From a virus (taxonomy: Duplodnaviria > Caudoviricetes), in IMG/VR virus record IMGVR_UViG_3300037511_000230, positions 1 to 41,544 of that record: a stretch of 41,544 nt of DNA; one strand, written 5' to 3'. The position numbers and the translations under genes are program-made. Shown one piece after another: positions 27,501-34,793 of this stretch (positions are counted from its first letter, which is position 1; the number at the start of each line of letters is the position of its first letter). Under the pieces are notes generated by a model that worked only from the letters and a program-made list of their open reading frames with translations, was not told where the DNA came from and ran no database searches.

Positions 27501-28897
27501 GCTCATACCTGTCCGGCGACTTGAAGGCCACCGGCCGCCTGTACCGCGCGCAGCAGGCCGAACGGCCCGAGCGCATGCCGTACCGGCAGCGGGAGCAGCG
27601 CGTCGCCTACATCCAGAACCGGATGACGCTGTCCGGCTGGAAGATCGACGTCCCCCTGTTGCGGCAGCGCGTGGCCGAGGAAGAGGAGAAGAAGCAGGAG
27701 TCTCTGGAGTGGCTGGCCGAGAACGCCGGGGTCCCCCTGACCGAGACCAAGAGCCGGGGCCGGGGCTCGAAGAAGGAGTTCTACGAGGAGGTACGCAAGA
27801 GCCCCCTCGGCTCCAACGCAGGGCGTGAGGCGCTGGCGCGTGCGTTCCGGGAGCGGGGCCTGCCGTACGTGCTCACCACGGAGTCCGGCGTGCTCGCCCT
27901 GAACAAGGACGCCATGGGGGAGGGCTCGTACATGGTCGGCAAGGGCGCCAAGGGCCAGTCCCTGCCGGGGCTGCTGAACCCGCTGCGCCGGGAGCGCACG
28001 CCGGACGCCGACTGGCAGGCGATCGAGGAGATGGCCGGGCACATCCGGACCGTCACCACCACCGTGGCGAAGTACCAGGAGATCATGGATCACCTGATCG
28101 GTGACCGGGTGCACGGGCTCGTCGGCGAGACACAGGGCTCGGGCCGGTGGGCGATGGTGAAGCCGAGCGTGACCAACCTCGGCAAGCGCGGCGGCAAGGT
28201 CGTACAGCGGGCGCCGTTCATCGCCGACGACGGGTGCGTGCTGATCGCCTTCGACCTGGACCAGGTGGACATGCGCGCGTTCGCCGGGCACTGCGGTGAC
28301 CCCGAGTACGCCGGGATGTTCATCCGGGGCGAGGACCCGCACTCGATGATCGCCACGATGGTGTTCGGGCGGGCCGACGGCGAGTGGCGTGACCGGGCCA
28401 AGGCGTCCGGCCACGGCTGGAACTACGGCCTGAGCGTGAACGGCCTCGTGAACCAGGGCATCGAGCGGTCGCTGGCGGAGCGGTTTGACGCCGGTATGAA
28501 CGAGAGCTACCCGGCGCTGTGCAGCTGGCGCAGCGAGGTGCGCAGCAGGGGCGAGAGCGGGGAGCTGCTGGACAACGGCTTCGGCCGCCTGATGCGCGTG
28601 GACCCCCGCCGGGCCTACACCCAGGCACCGGCCCTGATGGGCCAGGGGACCGCCCGGGACATCCTGGTGGAGGGGCTGCTCCGCCTGCCGGACGAATACA
28701 TCCCGTGGATGCGCGGCGTGGTGCACGACGAGGTGATCTTCAACGTCCCCGAGGCCCGGGTCCAGGAGTGCATCGAGACCGTGACGGCCGCCCTGACCTT
28801 CGACCTGGCTGAGGTGAGCACGCTGCACTCGGTACCGATCACGACTGGGGCGAGCAAGCCCGCCAAGAGCTGGGACGGCTGCTATGCGAAGGACTGA
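24512..28897 (+). CDS. primase (DUF3854/TOPRIM) - D5/P4-type SF3 helicase - 3'-5' exonuclease - family A DNA polymerase fusion
   Basis: ITEGIKKAD, CFDAD, KGVDDY (TOPRIM); LLNCPNGIVDL, GGGANGKST (SF3); WDIET, GHNIFRFD, YLSGD (Exo I-III); DLDQVDMR, RDRAKASGHGWNYG, VHDEV (Pol A motifs A, B, C). Confidence 0.92.
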   Translation: MTTVDDPGVRAPSELMPGHQRELEESCISAEVQAARRYETLYGTDEDRARLKELRVPRWAWRDDMAFPALLLPMYRVSGEEIGFQFKPAIPQEAPGGKRQKYASQSGVPNRLDVPPSVADAVRDPSEALWITEGIKKADCLASYGRPVVTLTGVFNWRSKMGTLGDWEDIPLQGRNVVICFDADARDKRNVMLAMQRLGRWLESKQAKPLYLIVPGSVEAADGRTVETKGVDDYLHAGGTMDGLRNAAMEQLPQDGQDASFTDRVLADTVVSEELEGRFRWASGLGWMQWTGKVWKEATEVTVTEAVSRWALEQYHDAVDRQHRGTGRDLSAAVDGWRGVLSASRVSAVVRLAKGTLECDAEAFDRDPDLLNCPNGIVDLRTGVLTPHDPDMLMTKITGADFVKNASHPDWDKALRALPDEVVDWFQIRVGQAATGHMTSDGKVLICQGGGANGKSTVYDGIALALGKYHAQVSDRAMLGNASDNHPTEIMDLMGARYAVLEETPEARRLDTNRLKKLADTREITGRRIRQDPVTFEATHSLFINSNYRPVVDETDHGTWRRLALVCWPFTFRDHADEIRGENDRLGDPTLRERVQQNPQALEAALAWVAAGARRWYELERIMPRVPDRVEADTLAWRKESDLILAFADEHLEFDPEACIQGSELRSVFNTWIKDKGGREWGDKTFIARFGGHDVCAQNSVIYKAVYSPKKLSSLSGTGAHKGTVRAWLGVAWKTDDSGPETGANEADGPDKDPFSSAPTSNITRITRAPGTALETPRVRGNGTTCNSRNEEQLYTENEAPMDQGTDYGEDPFAPVQEAPPAPVSRPALPTLVGSVGWDIETPSAKKLFTFRSRPEASFARLNGLVDENGQEVITNDPAELIELLERAPVIYGHNIFRFDLMALALHHGADYDRLAKKAWDSYVDEATTDPSGGQYLAPWNQEGYYGLDKALERRGEPGKTDHLPELAKEYAAPGLVGKKAAEDGYEKIPVDNERYRSYLSGDLKATGRLYRAQQAERPERMPYRQREQRVAYIQNRMTLSGWKIDVPLLRQRVAEEEEKKQESLEWLAENAGVPLTETKSRGRGSKKEFYEEVRKSPLGSNAGREALARAFRERGLPYVLTTESGVLALNKDAMGEGSYMVGKGAKGQSLPGLLNPLRRERTPDADWQAIEEMAGHIRTVTTTVAKYQEIMDHLIGDRVHGLVGETQGSGRWAMVKPSVTNLGKRGGKVVQRAPFIADDGCVLIAFDLDQVDMRAFAGHCGDPEYAGMFIRGEDPHSMIATMVFGRADGEWRDRAKASGHGWNYGLSVNGLVNQGIERSLAERFDAGMNESYPALCSWRSEVRSRGESGELLDNGFGRLMRVDPRRAYTQAPALMGQGTARDILVEGLLRLPDEYIPWMRGVVHDEVIFNVPEARVQECIETVTAALTFDLAEVSTLHSVPITTGASKPAKSWDGCYAKD
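26798..26882. repeat. iteron-like repeats in the AT-richer linker; candidate replication origin
   Basis: ATTACACGT twice in tandem (26798-26815), inverted copy ACGTGTAAT (26864-26872), extra GTAAT half-sites. Confidence 0.55.
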
Positions 28898-28916
28898 ACG
28901 CTGGTGGGGCAGGGTC

Positions 28917-29108
28917 GTGGCGGACAGTCCCCGGTTCGTGGAGTGCCCGGTGTGCGGAGACTGCCTGTGGCTGGTGCTCATGCCGGAGCCGTACGACCCC
29001 GTGCTGCCGGGTCATCTGACCGAGGGCCAGGTCGCCTGCTCCGGCGCGAACAGGACCCTGAAGGCCGCCGGGGAGCTTGCCCGGCTCCGTCTGCGGGCAC
29101 ACCCCTAG
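28917..29108 (+). CDS. small Zn-binding protein (CxxC..H..C)
   Basis: VECPVCG...LPGH...ACSG; ends RAHP. Confidence 0.55.
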   Translation: MADSPRFVECPVCGDCLWLVLMPEPYDPVLPGHLTEGQVACSGANRTLKAAGELARLRLRAHP

Positions 29109-29134
29109 TACTGACCAAGGAAGGAGAGTTGACC

Positions 29135-29383
29135 ATGGAACGTCTCAAGTGCCCTTTGTGCAAGGCGAATGTGACCGTGTCCACGGATCGCCCGCACATG
29201 TTCGAGGCCGAGTCCGAACTCGTGATCCTCTGGCACATCCCGGGGCCGAGGGCCGTCCTCGACGGCCGGGCGGTGCGGCACGTCAACTCGGCCGCCTGCC
29301 TCGCCACCGGCTGCACCGTGGAGCTGGCCGAGGGAATCGCCGCCGACCGGGCGGCCGGGGTGCACCTGGCGGCGCACCCGTGA
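29135..29383 (+). CDS. small Zn-binding protein (CxxC..H..C)
   Basis: LKCPLCK...LWHIP...ACLATG; ends AAHP; AAGGAG RBS. Confidence 0.7.
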   Translation: MERLKCPLCKANVTVSTDRPHMFEAESELVILWHIPGPRAVLDGRAVRHVNSAACLATGCTVELAEGIAADRAAGVHLAAHP

Positions 29384-29628
29384 GCGCGCCCGAGCCGGAC
29401 ACGGTGGACATCGTCTGTCCGGCCTGCGGGACCACGGTGACCACCTGGGCCCAGGAGAACGAGGGCGCGTGGCCGGTGCCGAAGCACCGGCCGGACGAGC
29501 CGGGTCAGCGAGCCGGGGGCTCCAGTCCGTGGTGCTGGACCACGGGATGGAGCTGGGACTCGGTGCGCATCATGATCGCGATGCAGCAGGAGAACGGGGG
29601 CCGTCTGCTGCGGGCGGCTCATCCGTGA
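29380..29628 (+). CDS. small Zn-binding protein (CxxC..H..C)
   Basis: IVCPACG...PKHRP...WCWTTG; ends AAHP; GTGA coupling. Confidence 0.65.
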   Translation: MSAPEPDTVDIVCPACGTTVTTWAQENEGAWPVPKHRPDEPGQRAGGSSPWCWTTGWSWDSVRIMIAMQQENGGRLLRAAHP

Positions 29629-29871
29629 GGCGTATAGCCATACGGCGGCCGGGGTGAGGGCCCGGGGGTAACGCTCCGGACACCCACTCTGACCAGCCAC
29701 ACTGCGAACGTGCGGGTGGTAGTGCAAGGCCATCACCCGGCCCGTGTTCGCTCCTCAGAAGGGAGCCTCCGGCCTTCGCTACGCTACGGACAGGTAGGTT
29801 TAGCAAAATGACACGGACGGTAACCGTGTAGGTATACGGCCCGCCGTATGGACCAAGGGAGAAGGATCATG
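29628..29871 (+). repeat. copy 2 of ~250-bp inverted-repeat regulatory element
   Basis: 29778-29837 is the reverse complement of 9651-9710; shared RBS block GACCAAGGGAGAAnGATCATG. Confidence 0.9.
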
Positions 29872-30159
29872 GAGCACAAGTGCCTGAAGAACGGCAAGCC
29901 GACCGGCGCACTCGGGCCCGACCGGCCCTCCTGGGCCGAGCCGGGGGCCGTTACCAAGATTGCTGACGAGAAGCGCTGGGGCCGGGTGGACCTGCTCTGG
30001 ACCTGCTGCGGGGCCCGGCAGGTGACCTTGCAGGCTGAAGGCCAGGAATGGTTCGAGACCTTGTGCCTGCCCGTGGACGCGCTGGAGAACCCGGTCGGTG
30101 CGCACCGGGTCCCGAAGGGTGTCCTGCTGCCGACCCCGTGGCCGAGGGGGCGGTCCTGA
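29869..30159 (+). CDS. hypothetical protein
   Basis: ATG directly after the repeated element's RBS. Confidence 0.7.
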   Translation: MEHKCLKNGKPTGALGPDRPSWAEPGAVTKIADEKRWGRVDLLWTCCGARQVTLQAEGQEWFETLCLPVDALENPVGAHRVPKGVLLPTPWPRGRS

Positions 30160-30413
30160 TGTGGAAGCTGCTGAAGAAGGTGCTGCGCGCGGCCGTGGCG
30201 CAGCCGTGGGAGTACGTCGGCGAGGGCGCGCCCCACGACTGGGAGTTCCGGGTCAGCCCGGCCGACGACGGCATGTGCGCGGTCTACAACCCCGTGCACG
30301 GCGAGTGGTGGATCTTCAAGGACGTCGTCATCCTCGCCAAGGCCCGGATGAGCGAGATGGACGACCACACCGAGGACTGGCGGCAGTTCCTGAGCGTGGA
30401 GGACCCCGACTGA
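30159..30413 (+). CDS. hypothetical protein
   Basis: MWKLLKKV..., TGATG coupling. Confidence 0.65.
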   Translation: MWKLLKKVLRAAVAQPWEYVGEGAPHDWEFRVSPADDGMCAVYNPVHGEWWIFKDVVILAKARMSEMDDHTEDWRQFLSVEDPD

Positions 30414-30472
30414 TCACCCCGGCCTCGGGGCGCCGTGTCATCATCGTCCCGAGGCCGGATGAGAGGAACAGC

Positions 30473-31219
30473 ATGACCACGGAGTACGTCGACACGCGCA
30501 TGGTGCCGCTGGCAGACCTGACCCCCTTCCCGGGCAACGCCCGGCGGGGCAACAGGAAGGTGCTGCTGGAGTCGCTGGAGGAGAACGGGCAGTACCGGTC
30601 GCTCATCGTCCGGGACACCGATGGTGAGCTGGTCGTCCTCGCGGGCAACAACACCATGGAGGCCCTGGAGGCCCGGGGCGACACCGAGGCCCGGTGCGAG
30701 ATCGTCCGCTGCGACGACGCCACCGCCCTGCGCGTCAACTTGATCGACAACAAGGCCAACGACGAGGCCACCTACGACGACGAGGCGCGGGCCCGGCTCA
30801 TCGCGCTGCTGGACGGAGAGCTCAAGGGCACCGGCTACGAGGAGGACGAGGCTGACGCCATACTCGCCCGGTACGAGGAGGAGGAGTTCACCGACGTCGC
30901 CGAGCCTGAGGTCGCCGAGTTCAACGACGACGCCGAGGAGCGGCAGGCCCGGGTACGCAGCCACGGCGGTGAAGACTCCAAGACCATGGAGTCCCGGGGC
31001 ATCCGGGACATCTTCATCCCCCTGCCGGTGGCGCAGGCGGATGAGCTCGGGCGGCTGATCATGGCGTTGCGCGAGACCTGGGGCGCACTGCCGCAGGGCG
31101 AGATCCTGCTCAAGGCGGCCCGGGTGGCTCAACTAGTTGTGCAGGGCGGCGTTTACGGGGACGAGGACGTAGTCGACGTGGCAGACACGGTGTTCGAGGC
31201 CGAGGACACGGATGCCTGA
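30473..31219 (+). CDS. ParB-like N-terminal domain protein heading the DNA-modification cluster
   Basis: LTPFPGNARRG...ESLEENGQYRSLIV...VLAGNNTMEA...LIDNK; GAGGA RBS. Confidence 0.85.
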   Translation: MTTEYVDTRMVPLADLTPFPGNARRGNRKVLLESLEENGQYRSLIVRDTDGELVVLAGNNTMEALEARGDTEARCEIVRCDDATALRVNLIDNKANDEATYDDEARARLIALLDGELKGTGYEEDEADAILARYEEEEFTDVAEPEVAEFNDDAEERQARVRSHGGEDSKTMESRGIRDIFIPLPVAQADELGRLIMALRETWGALPQGEILLKAARVAQLVVQGGVYGDEDVVDVADTVFEAEDTDA

Positions 31220-32303
31220 GCTGACCGAGGGGGCCGACTTCCGCCGGGTGGAGTACCGGCGGGAGGTCTTCCTGCGCTTCTACGAGTGGAGCGTGCGCTA
31301 CAACAGCTTCCCCGGCGGGGTGCACTACGTGCTGCCGCACATCGCCTCGGCCCTGGAGCTGGACACCGAGGGCCGCTACTGGCTGGCCTGGCTCAACGCC
31401 AACACCCAGAACCCGGTGACGTCTCTCCTGCTCCTCCAGGCCGCTCCCCGGCCCCGGGACTGGAAGGCGGCCGTCGACTTCTGGCGCGCCAACTACCGCT
31501 CCCTCGACTGGGACACCGACCGCCGGTATCACAAAGCCCGGTTCGAGGACGCGCTCACCGGCTACGCCTCGGCCACGGACTGCTCCTGCACCCTGCCTCA
31601 GCACAAGTACTTCCGCTCGGCCGGGGGCGACTGGACCGGCTGGTGGGACCGGGCCCGAGCGCTGCCGACCATGGGCCGCCTGAGCACGTGGAGCTACTTG
31701 GAGTACCTGCGCATCCTGCTCGGACCGAGCGTCGTGCCCGATGCGATGGACCTGATGCTGGACGATATCCAGGGCAGCCGGTCGCACCGCAACGGGCTCG
31801 CGCTCGTGCTGGGTCAGGATCATCTGATCGTGGACAAGCAGCTTGGCTCGGGGACCACGGACAAGGTCTATGACCAGGACGTGCTCTACAACTTCGGCTG
31901 GGCTGCGCATGATCTGTACACCGAGGCGCAGCAGCGTGCCGGAGCCGAGGCCAACCGGCTCTCCCTGGAGTCCGCTCTCTGCACCTACAAGAGCTGGCAC
32001 AAGCCCAACCGCCGCTACCCGGGCGTCTACAACGACATGCTCTACAACCGGCTGGTCTCGGCCGAGAACCGCTGGGGGCGCCGGTTCGGCGTCATCTGGG
32101 ACGCGCGCCGGGCCGCGCTCCCCACCCGGCTCCGGCTGGAGGACCAGCCGTACGATCCGGGCCTGAGCCCGGTCAAGCAGAACTGGTATCTGACCACGGG
32201 CCAGGTGATCAACATGACGGAGGACTGGTCATGCTTCCGGAACGACTTCGAGGCCAAGGTGCAGGCGCACGAGTTCGGGAAGCGCGCCCGCCCCTGGATC
32301 TGA
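31212..32303 (+). CDS. amino acid:DNA transferase (aGPT-PPlase clade 2-like; HhH glycosylase fold)
   Basis: DTDRRYHK, MGRLSTWSYLEYL, GSRSHRNGL, LESALCTYKSW, RRYPGVYND. Confidence 0.8.
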   Translation: MPELTEGADFRRVEYRREVFLRFYEWSVRYNSFPGGVHYVLPHIASALELDTEGRYWLAWLNANTQNPVTSLLLLQAAPRPRDWKAAVDFWRANYRSLDWDTDRRYHKARFEDALTGYASATDCSCTLPQHKYFRSAGGDWTGWWDRARALPTMGRLSTWSYLEYLRILLGPSVVPDAMDLMLDDIQGSRSHRNGLALVLGQDHLIVDKQLGSGTTDKVYDQDVLYNFGWAAHDLYTEAQQRAGAEANRLSLESALCTYKSWHKPNRRYPGVYNDMLYNRLVSAENRWGRRFGVIWDARRAALPTRLRLEDQPYDPGLSPVKQNWYLTTGQVINMTEDWSCFRNDFEAKVQAHEFGKRARPWI

Positions 32304-33160
32304 GGAACTGGCTCAGCCCCGTGCAGGACCGGGACGGGCTGATCTACAAGCGCGAGGATCTCTGTACGCTCCCGGCCGGTGTCAACGGAGCCAAGCTGCG
32401 CGCCTGCGATCACCTCATCCGCCAGGGCGCCGCCTCGGGCAAGACCCGTATCGTGTCGGCCGCCTCGGTCCTGAGCCCGCAGAACGCCATGGCTGCTGTG
32501 CTTGCCGCGCGCTACGGGCTGGCGTGCACGATCGTGCTCGGAGGCACTCACCCGAGTACTGCCTTCCGGCACCGCAGCCCGGCCCTGGCCCGGGAGTACG
32601 GGGCGGAGTTCGACTTCATCCGGGTGGGGTACAACCCGGCGCTCCAGCGCAGGGCCGCCGACCTGCTCGCCCTGGACCGGCAGGCCTACTGGCTCCAGTA
32701 CGGCATCACCACCCCGCCCTCGGCCTCGGCCCGGGAGATGCGCGCCTTCCACCAGATCGCAGCCGACCAGGTGACCAACCTGCCCGACACGGTGCGCACG
32801 CTGGTGGTCCCGTTCGGTTCAGGCAACACGGCCGCCGGGGTGCTCATGGGCCTGAACCAGCACCGCCCCCGTGACCTGGAGCGGATCATCCTGGTCGGCA
32901 TCGGGCCCGACCGCCGGGCTTGGCTGCGGGACCGGTTCGAGTTCATGGGTGTCAGCCTGCCGAGGTACAGGCACCTCGACCTGCACGGCTCGGGCTATGC
33001 CACGTACTCCGACCGGATGCCCGGCCAGGCCGACGGCATCGTGCTCCACCCCACCTACGAAGGCAAGGTCGTCCGCTACCTCAACGAGAAGGCGCCCGAC
33101 TGGTGGGTCCGGCGCGACGGCACCACCTGTCTCTGGATCGTAGGAGGGCCGCTCAAGTGA
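32294..33160 (+). CDS. PLP-dependent enzyme, fold type II (ACC deaminase/Cys desulfhydrase-like); start uncertain
   Basis: YKREDL...NGAKLR (PLP lysine), SPQ, VVPFGSGNTAAG, LHPTYEGK, LWIVG. Confidence 0.85.
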   Translation: MDLRNWLSPVQDRDGLIYKREDLCTLPAGVNGAKLRACDHLIRQGAASGKTRIVSAASVLSPQNAMAAVLAARYGLACTIVLGGTHPSTAFRHRSPALAREYGAEFDFIRVGYNPALQRRAADLLALDRQAYWLQYGITTPPSASAREMRAFHQIAADQVTNLPDTVRTLVVPFGSGNTAAGVLMGLNQHRPRDLERIILVGIGPDRRAWLRDRFEFMGVSLPRYRHLDLHGSGYATYSDRMPGQADGIVLHPTYEGKVVRYLNEKAPDWWVRRDGTTCLWIVGGPLK

Positions 33161-33242
33161 TCGAGTGCACCTGCCCCCGCTGGCCGACCCCGGCCGAGAG
33201 CCACCGCCGCGCCTGCCCGATGAAGATCCTGGAGAGCCAACG

Positions 33243-33782
33243 ATGACCTACGCACCGCAGCCCGGCGACATCGGGCTCACCGTCATCACAGGCTGGGGAC
33301 GGCTCATCCGCCTCGGCCAGTGGCTCAACGGGGACGGCTTCGCCGACTTCGAGCATGCCTTCGTCGTCACCGATCTCGACTCCGGCGGCGCACCCTGGAT
33401 CGTGGAGGCCATGCCCGGCGGGGCGCAGTACGTGCGCAACTGGCACCCCGCCGACCGCACCGTCTACCTCCGCTGCCCGGCCGAGTACCGGGAGGCGGTA
33501 GCCGCCTCGGCCCGGGGGTTCATCGGCGTGCCGTACAGCGTGGCCGACTACTTCTTGCTCGCCGCACACCGGCTGCACATCCCAGCCCCGCACCTGAAGC
33601 GCTACATCCGTGACTCGGGCCACATGATCTGCTCCCAGCTCGCCGACACGGCGGCGGCCGAGGGCGGGTGGCACCTGTTCGACGACGGCCGCTGGCACGG
33701 GGACGTCACCCCGGGCGATCTCTATCGCCTGTACGTTACACAGCGCGCTCTGCGCATGAAGACCGGAGACGTGTCACGGTGA
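33243..33782 (+). CDS. permuted papain-like NlpC/P60 (YiiX/YebB-like) protein
   Basis: QPGDIGL, FEHAFV (His), VEAMPGG, GVPYS, MICSQLA (Cys), VTPGDL. Confidence 0.75.
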   Translation: MTYAPQPGDIGLTVITGWGRLIRLGQWLNGDGFADFEHAFVVTDLDSGGAPWIVEAMPGGAQYVRNWHPADRTVYLRCPAEYREAVAASARGFIGVPYSVADYFLLAAHRLHIPAPHLKRYIRDSGHMICSQLADTAAAEGGWHLFDDGRWHGDVTPGDLYRLYVTQRALRMKTGDVSR

Positions 33783-34024
33783 CCCTCGACTCCTTGACCT
33801 TGCTCGCCGCTCGGCACCTGGACGAGACAGAGGGCCCGGTACAGGTCGGTCGTGTCCTCACTGCCACAGATCGCTCCGCCATCAACACCCTGCTGCGTTA
33901 CGTGTCCCGGATGCACAACGGTGCCAGCACGGCGTGCCCCAGGTGCTCGCATCGAGCCCATCCCGGCCGGGAATGCGGCGCCGTGATGCAGGGCATGACC
34001 TGTTACTGCGGGAGGACCACGTGA
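33779..34024 (+). CDS. hypothetical protein with C-terminal Cys/His cluster
   Basis: CPRCSHRAH...C..CYC; GTGA coupling on both sides. Confidence 0.55.
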   Translation: MTLDSLTLLAARHLDETEGPVQVGRVLTATDRSAINTLLRYVSRMHNGASTACPRCSHRAHPGRECGAVMQGMTCYCGRTT

Positions 34025-34617
34025 TCAACAATCTGCTGTACCTCACGGGCCCGCCCGGCGTCGGCAAGTCCACCGTCGCCCGGGAACTGACCGCCGGGTG
34101 GGACCGGACCGTGCTGCGCCACGTGCCCGTGCCGCACTCCCGGCTCAGTCACCCGGCCTCGGGCCGCGTACTCGGGGTGGAGCTGGGCGTGCCCCGTGAT
34201 CAGTTCCCCGGCACCGACACCCTCGCCATGGACATCGGCCCCCGTGCGCTCCAGTTCCTGCTCGGGCAGTGCGTCCCGTTCGTCCTCGGGGAGGGCTCAC
34301 GGCTGGCTACGCGCCCGTTCCTGGGCGAGCTGGCCCGGGCGGGCGTGGCCGTCACGCTCGTGCGCCTGACGGCGGACGAGGAGCTTCTCACCGCACGCTG
34401 GCAGGCCCGAGGCGCCAAGCAGAACCCCTCCTGGCGCAAGGGCGCCGGGACCCGGGCCGACCGGCTGGCCGACTGGTTCCTCACCCAGACCTCGGAGCAC
34501 CGTCCCGGCTTCCGCACGTATCTCGATCTCGACGTCACCGAGATGGAACCGGGCGCTGTGGCCGACCGCGTCCGGGACGTGTTCCCCCTCATCGACCTGA
34601 GAGAATCAGCAACATGA
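34021..34617 (+). CDS. P-loop nucleotide/5-hmU kinase-like protein
   Basis: YLTGPPGVGKST; FPGTDTLAM, GEGSRL and RGAKQNPSW resemble the P-loop kinases of phage thymine-modification clusters. Confidence 0.75.
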   Translation: MINNLLYLTGPPGVGKSTVARELTAGWDRTVLRHVPVPHSRLSHPASGRVLGVELGVPRDQFPGTDTLAMDIGPRALQFLLGQCVPFVLGEGSRLATRPFLGELARAGVAVTLVRLTADEELLTARWQARGAKQNPSWRKGAGTRADRLADWFLTQTSEHRPGFRTYLDLDVTEMEPGAVADRVRDVFPLIDLRESAT

Positions 34618-34793
34618 TCAGCGAAGCAGAGGCCAAGGAACACGCCGACCGCCTGGTCCGGCTCACCCTCATGGACGGCACGGTGGTCGAGGGCTACCTG
34701 TTCACCCCCGGGTACTCGGGCGTGCGCATCCAGGTGCGCGGGGTAGACCGGCCGTACCGGTTCAGTCAGATCAGGTCGGTGGAGGACCAGTGA
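34614..34793 (+). CDS. small beta-rich hypothetical protein (59 aa)
   Basis: MISEAEAKEH...VRLTLMDGTVVEGYL; ATGA/GTGA coupling. Confidence 0.6.
   Translation: MISEAEAKEHADRLVRLTLMDGTVVEGYLFTPGYSGVRIQVRGVDRPYRFSQIRSVEDQ

Noticed and set aside
29628-29780. Possible tRNA in the intergenic region
   Set aside because: No cloverleaf or correctly placed T-loop; the region is better explained as part of the duplicated element.
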